From a bacterium (lineage in GTDB: Bacteria; Patescibacteriota; Gracilibacteria; UBA1369; PNNO01), in assembly GCA_013824265.1 (NCBI GenBank), contig PNNO01000003.1:12902-76901 (forward strand): a stretch of DNA of 64,000 bases. Direction: 5' to 3'. This document shows positions 39,234 through 49,069 of the stretch, in pieces (the first letter of the stretch is position 1; each line of letters begins with the position of its first letter). Both the position numbers and the translations under genes were made by a program. The notes beneath the pieces were generated by a model. That model saw nothing but the letters and a program-made list of their open reading frames with translations. It did not search any database and was not told the origin of the DNA.

Positions 39234-41198
39234 TTAGCTTGTTGAAATTGGATCAATATCTATCCTGCAGTTATTGGGTAGTTCCAATCCTTCAATCAGA
39301 GATCTTGGATTTTCACCCTGAATTAGGATGTTCCAGCGGAATTTATTGTTTATCTTGAATATAATTGCGGGATACATGTTTATTATATTGCTGCCATCAT
39401 TTTTCTCTTTCAAAATCTCATGTGTTTTTTGAGCGGAAACTAATGCGTTTTTGGCGCTTAAATCAACAAATGTAAGTTTGAGCAAAGTTGAAAACGGAGG
39501 ATAGTTGAATATTTTACGTTGTTCTATTTCTCTTTTGAATAAGCTTTTATAGTCGTGAGTTTTAGAATACATTACGGCGTAGTTGTCGGGCATGTAAGTT
39601 TGAATAATTACATTGCTTGCTTCTCCTGTGCGACCCGCCCTGCCGGCTACCTGAGTTAATAGCTGAAATGTTCTTTCGGAGCTCCTAAAGTCCGGGAAAT
39701 GAAGTCCGATATCCGCAAGAATAACTCCAACAAGGTTTACTTCCGGGAAATGTAATCCCTTCCCAATCATTTGTGTGCCTATTAAAATGTCCAGTTCGCC
39801 TTTTTTTAATTTATTATAAATTTCCTCGAAAGATCCCTTTTTTGATACGCTGTCACGATCGACCCTTGCAACGCGTGCGTTCGGAAAAAGTTTTCTAACT
39901 TCCTCCTCGACTCTTTGGGTTCCGGCTCCGATAAATTTTATTGAATGACTTTTACATTTTGGGCACGAGAGCGGAATATTTTTTATTGCTCCGCAATGAT
40001 GACATATAAGTGATGGCCTGAATGAGTCTTGTTGTGGCAATGATTTGTGATATGTCATGGGAACGTCGCATGCCTCACATTTCTCCGTGTGGCCGCATTC
40101 TCTGCAAACTATTGCGGATGCTGATCCTCGCTTATTTAGAAATAATATGGCCTGTTTTTTTTGTTCCAATGTATGCGCTATTTCATCCTGCAATCTTTCG
40201 CTTAAGATTGAGTAATTTTGCTTTTTGAACTCCTCTCTTAAATCTATTATTTCAACCGGAGGAAGAGCTGCGTTTCCAATTCTTTCGGAGATTTCAACAA
40301 GTTCATATTCTCCGTTTGTGGCTTTGTAATACGTGGAAATTGATGGTGTTGCGCTGCCGAGGATTAGCTTGGATCCTGTTAATTTGGCCATTTTCTCAGC
40401 AACCGCTATTGCGTTATATCTTGGAGATTGGTCTTGTTTATAAGAAAATTCATGTTCTTCATCTACAATTATAAGTTCAAGATTGCTTACGGGAGCAAAT
40501 AAAGCCGATCGTGGTCCTATTATAATTGGAGTTTTTTTAAGATGAATTTTTAGCCATTCAAGCGATTTTTGTTTTTCGGTTAATCGACTGTGTAGTATTG
40601 CAACCTTGTCGCCAAAAATTCGCTGAAAATATTTTACGGTTTGTGGAGTTAATGAAATTTCCGGCACAACTATTATGCTTTGTCTGCCATTTTTCATTGA
40701 TTGTTCAACCATATGAAGATAAACCTCCGTTTTGCCGGAACTTGTTATTCCATGCAGGAGAACAGTTTTTTTATCGGAATTATTTATTTTATCTAAGGCT
40801 TTTTTTTGCGTTTCAGTTAAAAAATGTTTTTCAGAAAGTTCCAGAATATCTTCATCCTTTAAAATTTCCGCGGGATAAAACTTTGGTGGTAAGAATAATG
40901 TAAGTGCTTTTTGTATTGAGGAAAAATAATAATCCGAAATCCATTTGGCCAACTCAACCTGCCATTCTTTTAATATTGGAGTCTCGTAAATAAGTTCAGA
41001 AATCTGCTTTGTTTTGTATTCTGGAGTTTTGTTTGTCTTACCTATTACAACTCCGTTCGACTTTTTACCTCTTAAAGGGACCGCTATGTAGCTTCCAATT
41101 TCCACCTGACTTCCAAAATCCTCCGGGACTTCGTAAGTAAGAGTTTGCAGACTCTGTGGCATTTTCCTTATTAGGCAGACCTCGATGTATTGATTCAT
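39234..41198 (-). CDS. priA: Primosomal protein N' (replication restart helicase)
   Basis: GITSSGKTEVY, PEISLTPQ, DEEH, four CxxC pairs, QVAGRAGR. Confidence 0.96.
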   Translation of the reverse strand: MNQYIEVCLIRKMPQSLQTLTYEVPEDFGSQVEIGSYIAVPLRGKKSNGVVIGKTNKTPEYKTKQISELIYETPILKEWQVELAKWISDYYFSSIQKALTLFLPPKFYPAEILKDEDILELSEKHFLTETQKKALDKINNSDKKTVLLHGITSSGKTEVYLHMVEQSMKNGRQSIIVVPEISLTPQTVKYFQRIFGDKVAILHSRLTEKQKSLEWLKIHLKKTPIIIGPRSALFAPVSNLELIIVDEEHEFSYKQDQSPRYNAIAVAEKMAKLTGSKLILGSATPSISTYYKATNGEYELVEISERIGNAALPPVEIIDLREEFKKQNYSILSERLQDEIAHTLEQKKQAILFLNKRGSASAIVCRECGHTEKCEACDVPMTYHKSLPQQDSFRPSLICHHCGAIKNIPLSCPKCKSHSIKFIGAGTQRVEEEVRKLFPNARVARVDRDSVSKKGSFEEIYNKLKKGELDILIGTQMIGKGLHFPEVNLVGVILADIGLHFPDFRSSERTFQLLTQVAGRAGRTGEASNVIIQTYMPDNYAVMYSKTHDYKSLFKREIEQRKIFNYPPFSTLLKLTFVDLSAKNALVSAQKTHEILKEKNDGSNIINMYPAIIFKINNKFRWNILIQGENPRSLIEGLELPNNCRIDIDPISTS

Positions 41199-41297
41199 AT
41201 TATTGTTTGATAGGCCACCATTGTAGCTATCTAATCGTCATTTGTGAAGAAGAGGCTGATGTGATATAAAATATAGTTGTCTCCTAACTCCAATTTT

Positions 41298-42818
41298 ATG
41301 AAAACACCAACTACCAGGGCTCTAAAGATTTTTGCTTTATTTGCCCTGCTTGGGTCTGTTGTAGTATTTGCACTTGTTTTTGCCAAGCCGGAAATAATTT
41401 CAAAGAAATTGGATGATGTTATAAAGCATGACAAAGTTCTAAGTAGCGAAAAACCCGAAAATTTTATTGCTTTAATGGCGGCGGATACTGAGTCTGGACT
41501 AGTTAATGAATCCTATGTAACCGTTTACAATCAAAATCTTGCTCTTGTTAAGGAGGGGAGAGAGCTTGATCTTGCTCAAGGGTATAATCAGGTTAAATAT
41601 CAAGATGTTCCAAGTCAGATAAATCCTTCTTCGGTTATTTTTAGTGATACAAAATATGAGGATACGGAGGTAATTGAGCAAACTTATGAGTTTGATTTGG
41701 TTTCTCAGCAAAAATTATTGGAGAAATATATAGATGAAGAGATAAAAGTTTTTTCAAATGTTGAAGATGGAGTAAAAGAATATAGAGGAAAACTATTGAG
41801 CTATCTTGATGGAATAATGCTTGAGACCGGTGGAGGCATTGTTAGTATTAAAGATATCCAGAGTATTGAATTTTCAAAGTTACCTGAAGGTTTGATAACA
41901 AAACCTACGCTTGTATGGAGTGTATTTGCTTCACAGGCGGGAAAGAGAAATGTTTTAACGACATATCTGACCGGAGGACTTACATGGCAGGCAGATTACA
42001 TAGCTTATGTTAACGCAGACGACACTTTGGTTGATTTGAAAGGTTGGACGACAATAAATAATACGTCGGGAGCTTCATATCCAAACGCGACTTTAAAACT
42101 GGTTGCCGGAGATGTGAATATAATTCAACCTGTGGTTCAAAAATCATATTATGAAGATTATGCCATGCCTGCGATGGTGGCTGAAAGTACTGCGGGTGGA
42201 TATTCCGAGGAGTCATTTTTCGAATATCATTTGTACACTTTGGGTAGAAAAACAAATTTAAAAGATAACGAACAAAAGCAAATTTCACTTCTTAACGCCA
42301 AGGATATTTCTGTTAAGAAAGAATTTGTTTATGACAGCAATAAGGCGTGGGATAAAATTAGAGTTATGCTTGGAACTAAAAATAGTGAGGATAAGGGGCT
42401 TGGTATTCCTTTGCCAAAAGGTGTTGTGAGAGTTTACAAGCAGGATTCGGAAGGGCATTTGCAATTTATAGGAGAGGATCAAATTGACCATACTCCAAAG
42501 GATGAAGAAATAGAGGTTTTCTTGGGGAATGCTTTTGATATCTCTGTTGAAAAAACTACGCAGGAATCAAGTCGTTCGGGTGGTTTGTTGAATATTGGAG
42601 GGAGATGTGAGTATCAGGATATTGAAATAAATATTCGTAACCACAAGCAAGAGGCAATTGAAGTTAAAGTGATGGAAAATTATTGGGGTCCATCGGTAGA
42701 AATTTTGGATTCAAATTATAAATTCGAAAAAGAAGATGAATATACATATACCTTTAGAGTGCCGGTTGAAGCTGATGGAGAAAATACTCTTAAGTATACA
42801 GTTAAGCAGTGTTGGTAG
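41298..42818 (+). CDS. DUF4139-family protein with N-terminal membrane anchor; start taken at ATG 41298
   Basis: VTVYNQNLALVKE, YEFDL, YLTGGLTWQADY, LVAGDVN, EYHLY, GIPLPKG.VRVY, GEDQIDHTPKDE. Confidence 0.8.
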   Translation: MKTPTTRALKIFALFALLGSVVVFALVFAKPEIISKKLDDVIKHDKVLSSEKPENFIALMAADTESGLVNESYVTVYNQNLALVKEGRELDLAQGYNQVKYQDVPSQINPSSVIFSDTKYEDTEVIEQTYEFDLVSQQKLLEKYIDEEIKVFSNVEDGVKEYRGKLLSYLDGIMLETGGGIVSIKDIQSIEFSKLPEGLITKPTLVWSVFASQAGKRNVLTTYLTGGLTWQADYIAYVNADDTLVDLKGWTTINNTSGASYPNATLKLVAGDVNIIQPVVQKSYYEDYAMPAMVAESTAGGYSEESFFEYHLYTLGRKTNLKDNEQKQISLLNAKDISVKKEFVYDSNKAWDKIRVMLGTKNSEDKGLGIPLPKGVVRVYKQDSEGHLQFIGEDQIDHTPKDEEIEVFLGNAFDISVEKTTQESSRSGGLLNIGGRCEYQDIEINIRNHKQEAIEVKVMENYWGPSVEILDSNYKFEKEDEYTYTFRVPVEADGENTLKYTVKQCW

Positions 42819-45800
42819 GACTGTAAACTTCTTTCTCTCCGGAAACATCATCATTTGCGCACATCATAGAGTAGAGGATTGGGTCTAGTAATAGGACTAA
42901 GAAGAACTGAGTTGTTAGTCCAAATATAAACGCAAATCCAAGACTTCCCCATATCTCGTCAGTCAGAGCTAATGGAAGAATTCCCATGATTGATGTTATT
43001 GTTGTTAGAAATACAGGTTGCAGGCGTGATGTGGTCCCTTCAATTATTGCGGTTCTGAATTCTACGCCTCTTCTTCTGTTATGATTCATTTGGTCAATAA
43101 GTACGATTGCATCGTTTACCACAACTCCAGCAAGGCCAACGATACCAATTACGGATGGAATTGATAAAGAAATATTCATTGCAGCCAGACCAAAGAAAAC
43201 ACCTGTTAACGCAAATGGCAAAGACAGAAGAATAATAAATGGTTGTTTGTAAGATTTAAATTGCAAAACAAGAAGCATTGCAATTAATACGATGCCGACC
43301 AATAGAGAAGTGCCGAGATCTTTAAACGACTGAGTTATTTCTTCAAGTTCGCCACCATAACTCATCTCATATCCTTGTGGGAGTGGATTTTCTTTAATTT
43401 TTAAAAGCAAGTCGTCAATTATTTCAGTTGAAGTTCTGTCTTTTACATAACTTGAAATATAAACGGCTCTTTCTGTATCAATATGACTTATGCTTGTTAG
43501 ATTTTGCGAAAAATTAATATCAACAAGGTTGCTTATAGGTACTGCTCCGGAAACAGGAGAAGTAATAAATATATTTTCCAGGTCATCCAAAGTAAGCTGA
43601 TTCTCTTCTCCTTTTTTAAGATCATATTTTACTATAACGCTTATATCTTCACCGTTTTTTCTTATTTCCGTAGCCTTTATCCCTTCAAGAGCCCCCCTTA
43701 AAACAGATCCAACCTGGCCTGCCGAAAGTCCATAAAAACTAAGCTTGCTTCTATCAACGGAAATTAAAAATTCTCCCGCGCCTTGTTCTATTGAAGTATC
43801 TACATCGAGTGTTCCTTCAATATTTTGAAGCATTACTTTTATTTCTTCCGATAATTGTTCAAGTTTATCAAGCTCCGGCCCTGTTAATTCTATAAATATT
43901 GGGGCTCCGCTTGGCGGACCACCCTGTAGGTCAGTTACCATTATTGTTGCTCCCTGAATGTTCTTTAATTTTTCGCGAATTTCATCAGCGATTTTATAAC
44001 TTTTCTTGTCACGGTCTTTTGGGTCAACCAGATTTGCCGTAATGTTCGATATATTTTCTATACTTTTTCTTGTCGAAGTAAAAAGCGAACTTCTAAGTGC
44101 TCCACCTGCGTTTGTGCCAATATTTGTCGTAAAATCTTTAACCTCCGGAATATTTATAAGAACCTCCTCAACTTTGGATGTGATTCTTTCCGTTTCCGAA
44201 AGCATTGTTCCTGCCGGAGTTTCAATGTCGATAAAGAAATAATCAAAATCACTTATTGGGAATGATTCTGTCTTTAATACGCCTGTTATGGGAAGCGAAA
44301 AACTTACCGCCATAACCGCGCACATTATTGTAAGCGTAAATATTTTTTTTGTGCGTGAATTAAGGATGTTTGTTATAAATTCTCTGTACCATTTTTGTAT
44401 TGGGCCGAATAAATTTCTCTGATCGCCCGGTTTTAAATATTTCGCAACCAGAGTTGGTGTTATTGAAAGATTTACGAAAAGAGAAGCAAGCAAAAGAACG
44501 CTTACGGTGATAGGGATTACGCTCATGTAGTCACCCATAACACCACTTACTGTAAGCATCGGAAGAAATGCAAATATTGTTGTAAGTGTTCCTGTTATTA
44601 TCGGCCATTTCAATTCGTGAATACCTAAAATTGTTGCGCCGTATGGAGTATACTTCCCGTCTCTTAAATTTTCATAAATTCCTTCTATGATTATTACCGC
44701 ATTATCAATTAAAAGTCCCAACGCAAAAACAAGGGAAAACAGCGCTATGCCATTTATGGAGTCTCCTCTTACATAAAGTACGCCGAATGTTATTAGCATT
44801 GCGAGGGGTATACTTATTCCTGCAATAATTGCTTCTTTCCATCCAAGGAAAATAAACAGAAGAATCATAATAAGTACGATTGTGCTTATTCCGTTATTTC
44901 CCATTACTCTAAAATCATCCTGTATGAAAAGCGAGTTATCATTACTTATATGTACCTGTACATTGGACGGTATTATAGTGCCTTTAATTTCTTCGACTTT
45001 TTCTTTTGCGCTCTCAGCTACTTTTACAATGTTCCCACCTTTTTTCTTGTAAACCTGTAGCGAAATGGAATTTTTTATTTCTTCATTATTTTTCATCCCT
45101 ATTCTTGCAATTGTAGTTTTGTCTTCAAGTTTTTCTTCTATAGTTGCTACGTCTTTTAATAAAATTGAGTTATTTATGCCTTCTGTCCCAAAAAATTGTT
45201 TAACCGGTATTTGCGCTAACTGATCAGCACTTTCAACTTGAGCGTCTATTCTAATACCATAAATATATCCATCATTTTTAATCTCTCCGATAGGAAAATT
45301 TGTGTCGGAAATTTTTATTGCGCCAACTACGTCATTTATAGTTAATCCGTAACTCTCCAAAAGTTCCTGTTTGAGACTTACAATGATTTGTCTTTGTTGT
45401 GCTCCAATTATAAGTACTTCGGAAACTCCGCTAACTTTTTTAATTTCATCTTTAACCTCTTCCGCTATTTCCTTGAACTCAGCCTCAGGAAGTTCACTGA
45501 GTAACGAGAAAGTAATTACTGATTGCTGATTTGAATCGTATGACGATACTTGTGGATCTTCCGCGTCGTCAGGCAAGCCTGCCGTGTCAACTGCAGAGTT
45601 AAGATCGCTTATGGCCTTGTCTATATCTGTTCCGGAATCAAATTGGATTGTAACCATCGAAACTCCGGCCTGTGAGGTAGAGCTTATTGTATCTATATTA
45701 TCAACGCTTTTTATAGCCGACTCCACTTTGTCAGTAACAAGAAGTTCTATGTCAGAAGGGCTTGCTCCCGGATAAATGGTTACTACCGAAGCGTATGGCA

Positions 45801-45963
45801 AATCAACTTCAGGTTGTAACTCCCTTGGAAGTCCAAATAAAGAAGTAACTCCCCATATCAATATTATGATAATTGTTAAAGAAGTTAACCTTGGGTGATT
45901 TACGAAAAAGTTCCATGGAGACGCTTTTATCTCCTTTATCTCTTCTTTACTGTAATTTGTCAT
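42802..45963 (-). CDS. RND efflux transporter permease (AcrB/SwrC-like)
   Basis: YPGASP.DIE..VT, GLLIDNAVIIIE, GVVVNDAIVLID, RLQPVFLTT; 12-TM RND layout. Confidence 0.93.
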   Translation of the reverse strand: MTNYSKEEIKEIKASPWNFFVNHPRLTSLTIIIILIWGVTSLFGLPRELQPEVDLPYASVVTIYPGASPSDIELLVTDKVESAIKSVDNIDTISSTSQAGVSMVTIQFDSGTDIDKAISDLNSAVDTAGLPDDAEDPQVSSYDSNQQSVITFSLLSELPEAEFKEIAEEVKDEIKKVSGVSEVLIIGAQQRQIIVSLKQELLESYGLTINDVVGAIKISDTNFPIGEIKNDGYIYGIRIDAQVESADQLAQIPVKQFFGTEGINNSILLKDVATIEEKLEDKTTIARIGMKNNEEIKNSISLQVYKKKGGNIVKVAESAKEKVEEIKGTIIPSNVQVHISNDNSLFIQDDFRVMGNNGISTIVLIMILLFIFLGWKEAIIAGISIPLAMLITFGVLYVRGDSINGIALFSLVFALGLLIDNAVIIIEGIYENLRDGKYTPYGATILGIHELKWPIITGTLTTIFAFLPMLTVSGVMGDYMSVIPITVSVLLLASLFVNLSITPTLVAKYLKPGDQRNLFGPIQKWYREFITNILNSRTKKIFTLTIMCAVMAVSFSLPITGVLKTESFPISDFDYFFIDIETPAGTMLSETERITSKVEEVLINIPEVKDFTTNIGTNAGGALRSSLFTSTRKSIENISNITANLVDPKDRDKKSYKIADEIREKLKNIQGATIMVTDLQGGPPSGAPIFIELTGPELDKLEQLSEEIKVMLQNIEGTLDVDTSIEQGAGEFLISVDRSKLSFYGLSAGQVGSVLRGALEGIKATEIRKNGEDISVIVKYDLKKGEENQLTLDDLENIFITSPVSGAVPISNLVDINFSQNLTSISHIDTERAVYISSYVKDRTSTEIIDDLLLKIKENPLPQGYEMSYGGELEEITQSFKDLGTSLLVGIVLIAMLLVLQFKSYKQPFIILLSLPFALTGVFFGLAAMNISLSIPSVIGIVGLAGVVVNDAIVLIDQMNHNRRRGVEFRTAIIEGTTSRLQPVFLTTITSIMGILPLALTDEIWGSLGFAFIFGLTTQFFLVLLLDPILYSMMCANDDVSGEKEVYSPTNTA

Positions 45964-47893
45964 TTTTTGAGGTTACAGAATCTCCGTCTTTAACGGTCTT
46001 TGCTCCACTTGTAATTATTTCATCACCTTGTGATAAGCCTTCAATTATTTCAACTTCACTGCCTGAAGTTTCTCCAAGAGTTACTTTTGTCTTTATCGCT
46101 TTATTATTTAGTACAATATATACATAAGGAGTGTTTTGTTCGAAAAGAACGCTTTTAAAAGGAATCAATAATCTTGGTGACTCTGATTTTGCATCGTTAA
46201 ATAAAATGTCTGCAAACATTCCTGCAATTAGTTCATTCTTCTCGTTAGGAATAAGTATTTTAACTTCAACCTTTTTACTTACAGGATCTACGCTTGGCAA
46301 AACCTTACTTACTTTCCCTTCTTTTTCGATGCCTCCCGGAGCTGTAATTGTCACTATTTGTCCGAGTTTTACAAACGATAATTCTTCGGTTGTCAGACTC
46401 ACTGTTATATAGACTTTATTTAAATCCGCTATGGTTATGATTTTTTGAGATTGGTTTACGTAATTGCCTTCATCAAGAATTTTTTCCAAAACTGTTCCGT
46501 CAAAAGGAGCTGTTAGTATCGTTCCTCCCAAGCTTGCCTTTGCTATATCGGTCTGACCTTTAACTGAAGAAACCTGATTTTCTGCCGATACTTTTTGCAG
46601 GTTGCCTTTTGCCAAAGTGTTTGAATATTGAGCACTTGAAGCATCAATCTGTTTTGCTGCAAGGTTAATGGCGTGGTTTGCGTTATCAAGTTGTGCCTGT
46701 CCGGATTCTTCAAGTTGTTTTAATTGTTGTAGGGCTGCCGTAACCTGTTGTTGAGCCATCTCTACTCCCGTTAATGTACCTTCAGGCTGTAATTGGTTGT
46801 TAATAGCAACGGATTGTAGACTTTGATTAGTCATATATAATCCGTTTTTACTTTGATCTAAAGATGCAAGTAACGTGTTAAATGAAACATTTAATGATGA
46901 AAAATTTCCCGGATTTTCGCTGTCATCAATAATATCTTTTCCATCCTGAAGAGCATTTTGTGTATCTTCAATAAGGTTTAAGGTGTCGCTTAAAAGGTTT
47001 TTTGTATCGTTTAAATCACGGCTTCCCTGAACATCATAGTATTCATCTTTTAAATCAACATAATCATTAAATATTTCTTCAGAATAGTCTTGAAGATTGT
47101 TTAAGTCAGATGAACTTACAGATCCTCCGAGGGTTGATTGCATTCCAAGCAGGTTGTCAATTGCGTCAACTGAGCTATCAATAAGAGAGAGTGTAGAGGT
47201 TATGCTTGATAGTGATTGATCAAGAGTATTGTTAAGAGTTATGTCGGTTGTAGCGTCGGCATTGAAGTATGCTTCCTGTGCGGCCTGCAATGCGAGTTGA
47301 GCCGCCTGAACTCCTATTTTGGCAGATCTGGTTTGTTCTTCGAGTAATTTTCCTAGATTTTCATAGGCTATAAGTGCATTTTCATAATTAAGTTTAGCGC
47401 TTTCAACTCCAATGGAGGCAATTTTAGCATCCTGTGCAATTGAATTGGTTGTACTGGTATATGATTTTTTTGCGTTTTCAAGGGTTGTTAGCGCGTTGTC
47501 ATAATTTATTTGTGCGATTTCCGTACTTACAGAATCACTTATCTTTACGATTTCATTATCTTTGCTTACCAAATCGCCTTCTTCAACTTTAAAGTCCTGA
47601 AGAACTCCTGAGGCTTCGGCAGTTAATGTAGAAGATTTATAAGGAGTAACGGTTCCAACCTTTTGGAAATTAATCCTTGAAAGGGGATTGGAGCTTATTT
47701 CCATAGTCTCCACTTCTATTGGAGCTATGGTGTTTTCCTGAACATCTGAATTTCCGGAATCCTTGGGATTATTAAATAAGTATTGATACGCATAGTATGC
47801 GCCAATAATAAGTCCGATAATTATAAGAATTCTTATAATTCTTGAAAGACGCCCTTTTTTTGGCTTCTGAGTCTCTTGTGAATCTATACTCAT
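45947..47893 (-). CDS. RND adaptor (membrane fusion protein) with very long helical insert
   Basis: TM anchor, lipoyl halves (SGVLQDFKVEEGD.V and TAPFDG.V), GMFA, VEI.EGL..GD.II.SG. Confidence 0.88.
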   Translation of the reverse strand: MSIDSQETQKPKKGRLSRIIRILIIIGLIIGAYYAYQYLFNNPKDSGNSDVQENTIAPIEVETMEISSNPLSRINFQKVGTVTPYKSSTLTAEASGVLQDFKVEEGDLVSKDNEIVKISDSVSTEIAQINYDNALTTLENAKKSYTSTTNSIAQDAKIASIGVESAKLNYENALIAYENLGKLLEEQTRSAKIGVQAAQLALQAAQEAYFNADATTDITLNNTLDQSLSSITSTLSLIDSSVDAIDNLLGMQSTLGGSVSSSDLNNLQDYSEEIFNDYVDLKDEYYDVQGSRDLNDTKNLLSDTLNLIEDTQNALQDGKDIIDDSENPGNFSSLNVSFNTLLASLDQSKNGLYMTNQSLQSVAINNQLQPEGTLTGVEMAQQQVTAALQQLKQLEESGQAQLDNANHAINLAAKQIDASSAQYSNTLAKGNLQKVSAENQVSSVKGQTDIAKASLGGTILTAPFDGTVLEKILDEGNYVNQSQKIITIADLNKVYITVSLTTEELSFVKLGQIVTITAPGGIEKEGKVSKVLPSVDPVSKKVEVKILIPNEKNELIAGMFADILFNDAKSESPRLLIPFKSVLFEQNTPYVYIVLNNKAIKTKVTLGETSGSEVEIIEGLSQGDEIITSGAKTVKDGDSVTSKNDKLQ

Positions 47894-47926
47894 TTTAATC
47901 GTATGTTATTAGAGATATGAGTGTAG

Positions 47927-47954
47927 ATCATAGCAAAAAAACGGATTATGTCAA
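47927..47954 (-). promoter_or_regulatory. Sigma70 promoter TTGACA-16-TATGAT with TGn extension, for the adaptor-RND operon
   Basis: Minus strand TTGACA taatccgtttttttgc TATGAT. Confidence 0.6.
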
Positions 47955-47967
47955 TGCCGATAATCGT

Positions 47968-48189
47968 TTATTTTTCTTTTTTGACAAATTCAATGTGGTC
48001 GTTTAGTAGCTGAACGAATTTATCCACATCTATACCGTGCATTGATACACCTTCTTCTATGGTCTCAAAGTCGGCAGCATGACAACCGATACAGCCTATC
48101 TCGTGATCCATAAAAACCTCTAAAACCTGAGGATATTTATTCAAAACCTCACGTATATTCATCTCTTTTGTAATTGTTTCTTTGGTCAT
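47968..48189 (-). CDS. DUF1858 domain protein
   Basis: ITKEM.I.EVL.KYP....VF......CIGC.AA..ETIEEG...HGID. Confidence 0.85.
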   Translation of the reverse strand: MTKETITKEMNIREVLNKYPQVLEVFMDHEIGCIGCHAADFETIEEGVSMHGIDVDKFVQLLNDHIEFVKKEK

Positions 48190-48271
48190 ATTAATTAAGG
48201 TTATTCATATTTTATTGGGGTTCAAACTATAATTCTTTTTTTGTAATTATTCAAAGAAAAATAAGCTAGAC

Positions 48272-48299
48272 TTGACAAAGATGGTAAAAGACGTATAAT
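48272..48299 (+). promoter_or_regulatory. Perfect-consensus sigma70 promoter TTGACA-16-TATAAT
   Basis: TTGACA aagatggtaaaagacg TATAAT, 21 nt upstream of ATG 48321. Confidence 0.7.
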
Positions 48300-48320
48300 C
48301 ACATCCTTTGATTAAAGAAT

Positions 48321-48914
48321 ATGAAATCAAGACACGAAAGAAGCAGGCTTTATTCCATACTTGATAAATATGATGAAAAACTCATAAATAAGTATCTTGA
48401 ATATGGCCCTGATGGGTTACGTGAAAAACTTGGAGTTGATTCGGATAGGCTTTGGGAGGTTATTTTTGACTACCTTGTTTTTGAGAAAGAGGTGGTAAAG
48501 CATTGTGTTAGAAATAATAGCGCGTATGTACACAACCTTTTTGTTGAAAAAGGACCTTTATTAATGCGAAAAGCTTTTAGTCTTAATGACTCAAAATATG
48601 ACGATGTCTGGGAGTATATTATGGACTATATAGGTGTTTCCAGAGGGGCTTTATATGAATATGTTACTGAAAACGCTTCAAAATACAGAGATAAGATAAG
48701 TAGCGGAGAATGTATGTCCCTTAGAGATGACCTTTGTATAAAAAATAATAAATATGAGCGTGTTTGGGGAGAAATTCTTGATGTTTTGCTTAACGCAGTT
48801 TCAACAAAAGCGTTCACGCATAGTGCTTTTGAGCACGGTATAGGGCTTTTTTCAAAGTTGTATAATCAGGGAAGAGTACAAAGGTCACTTAGATCTTCGC
48901 GGGGTAGTATTTAA
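48321..48914 (+). CDS. Hypothetical protein built from three ~50-aa repeats
   Basis: Units ending ..LREKLGV..LWEVIFDYL / ..MRKAFSL..VWEYIMDYI / ..LRDDLCI..VWGEILDVL. Confidence 0.8.
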   Translation: MKSRHERSRLYSILDKYDEKLINKYLEYGPDGLREKLGVDSDRLWEVIFDYLVFEKEVVKHCVRNNSAYVHNLFVEKGPLLMRKAFSLNDSKYDDVWEYIMDYIGVSRGALYEYVTENASKYRDKISSGECMSLRDDLCIKNNKYERVWGEILDVLLNAVSTKAFTHSAFEHGIGLFSKLYNQGRVQRSLRSSRGSI

Positions 48915-48918
48915 ACTA

Positions 48919-48995
48919 TGGTGCGCCCGGAGGGATTCGAACCCACAACCCTCGGTTCCGAAGACCGATACTCTATCCAGTTGAGCTACGGGCGC
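48919..48995 (-). tRNA. tRNA-Arg, anticodon TCG, CCA encoded
   Basis: GCGCCCG TA GCTCAACTGGATAGAGT A TCGGT-CTTCGGA-ACCGA GGGTT GTGGG TTCGAAT CCCTC CGGGCGC ACCA folds as a cloverleaf. Confidence 0.96.
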
Positions 48996-49011
48996 AGAAT
49001 TTGTAAAAGCT

Positions 49012-49049
49012 AAAAAAAGATGCGCTAACTTTTACAGCTAGCGCATCTT
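49012..49049 (-). terminator. Rho-independent terminator after secDF
   Basis: Minus strand AAGATGCGCTA-gctgtaaaagt-TAGCGCATCTT followed by TTTTT. Confidence 0.75.
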
Positions 49050-49069
49050 AACATAGGATTATTTGATCA

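Noticed and set aside
48020..48028. Perfect DnaA box TTATCCACA
   Set aside because: It is a single copy inside a coding region, with no cluster of boxes and no dnaA/dnaN nearby.
48321..48995. tRNA-anchored genomic island
   Set aside because: No integrase was found and no duplicate of the tRNA 3' end was noticed; flanking genes look chromosomal.
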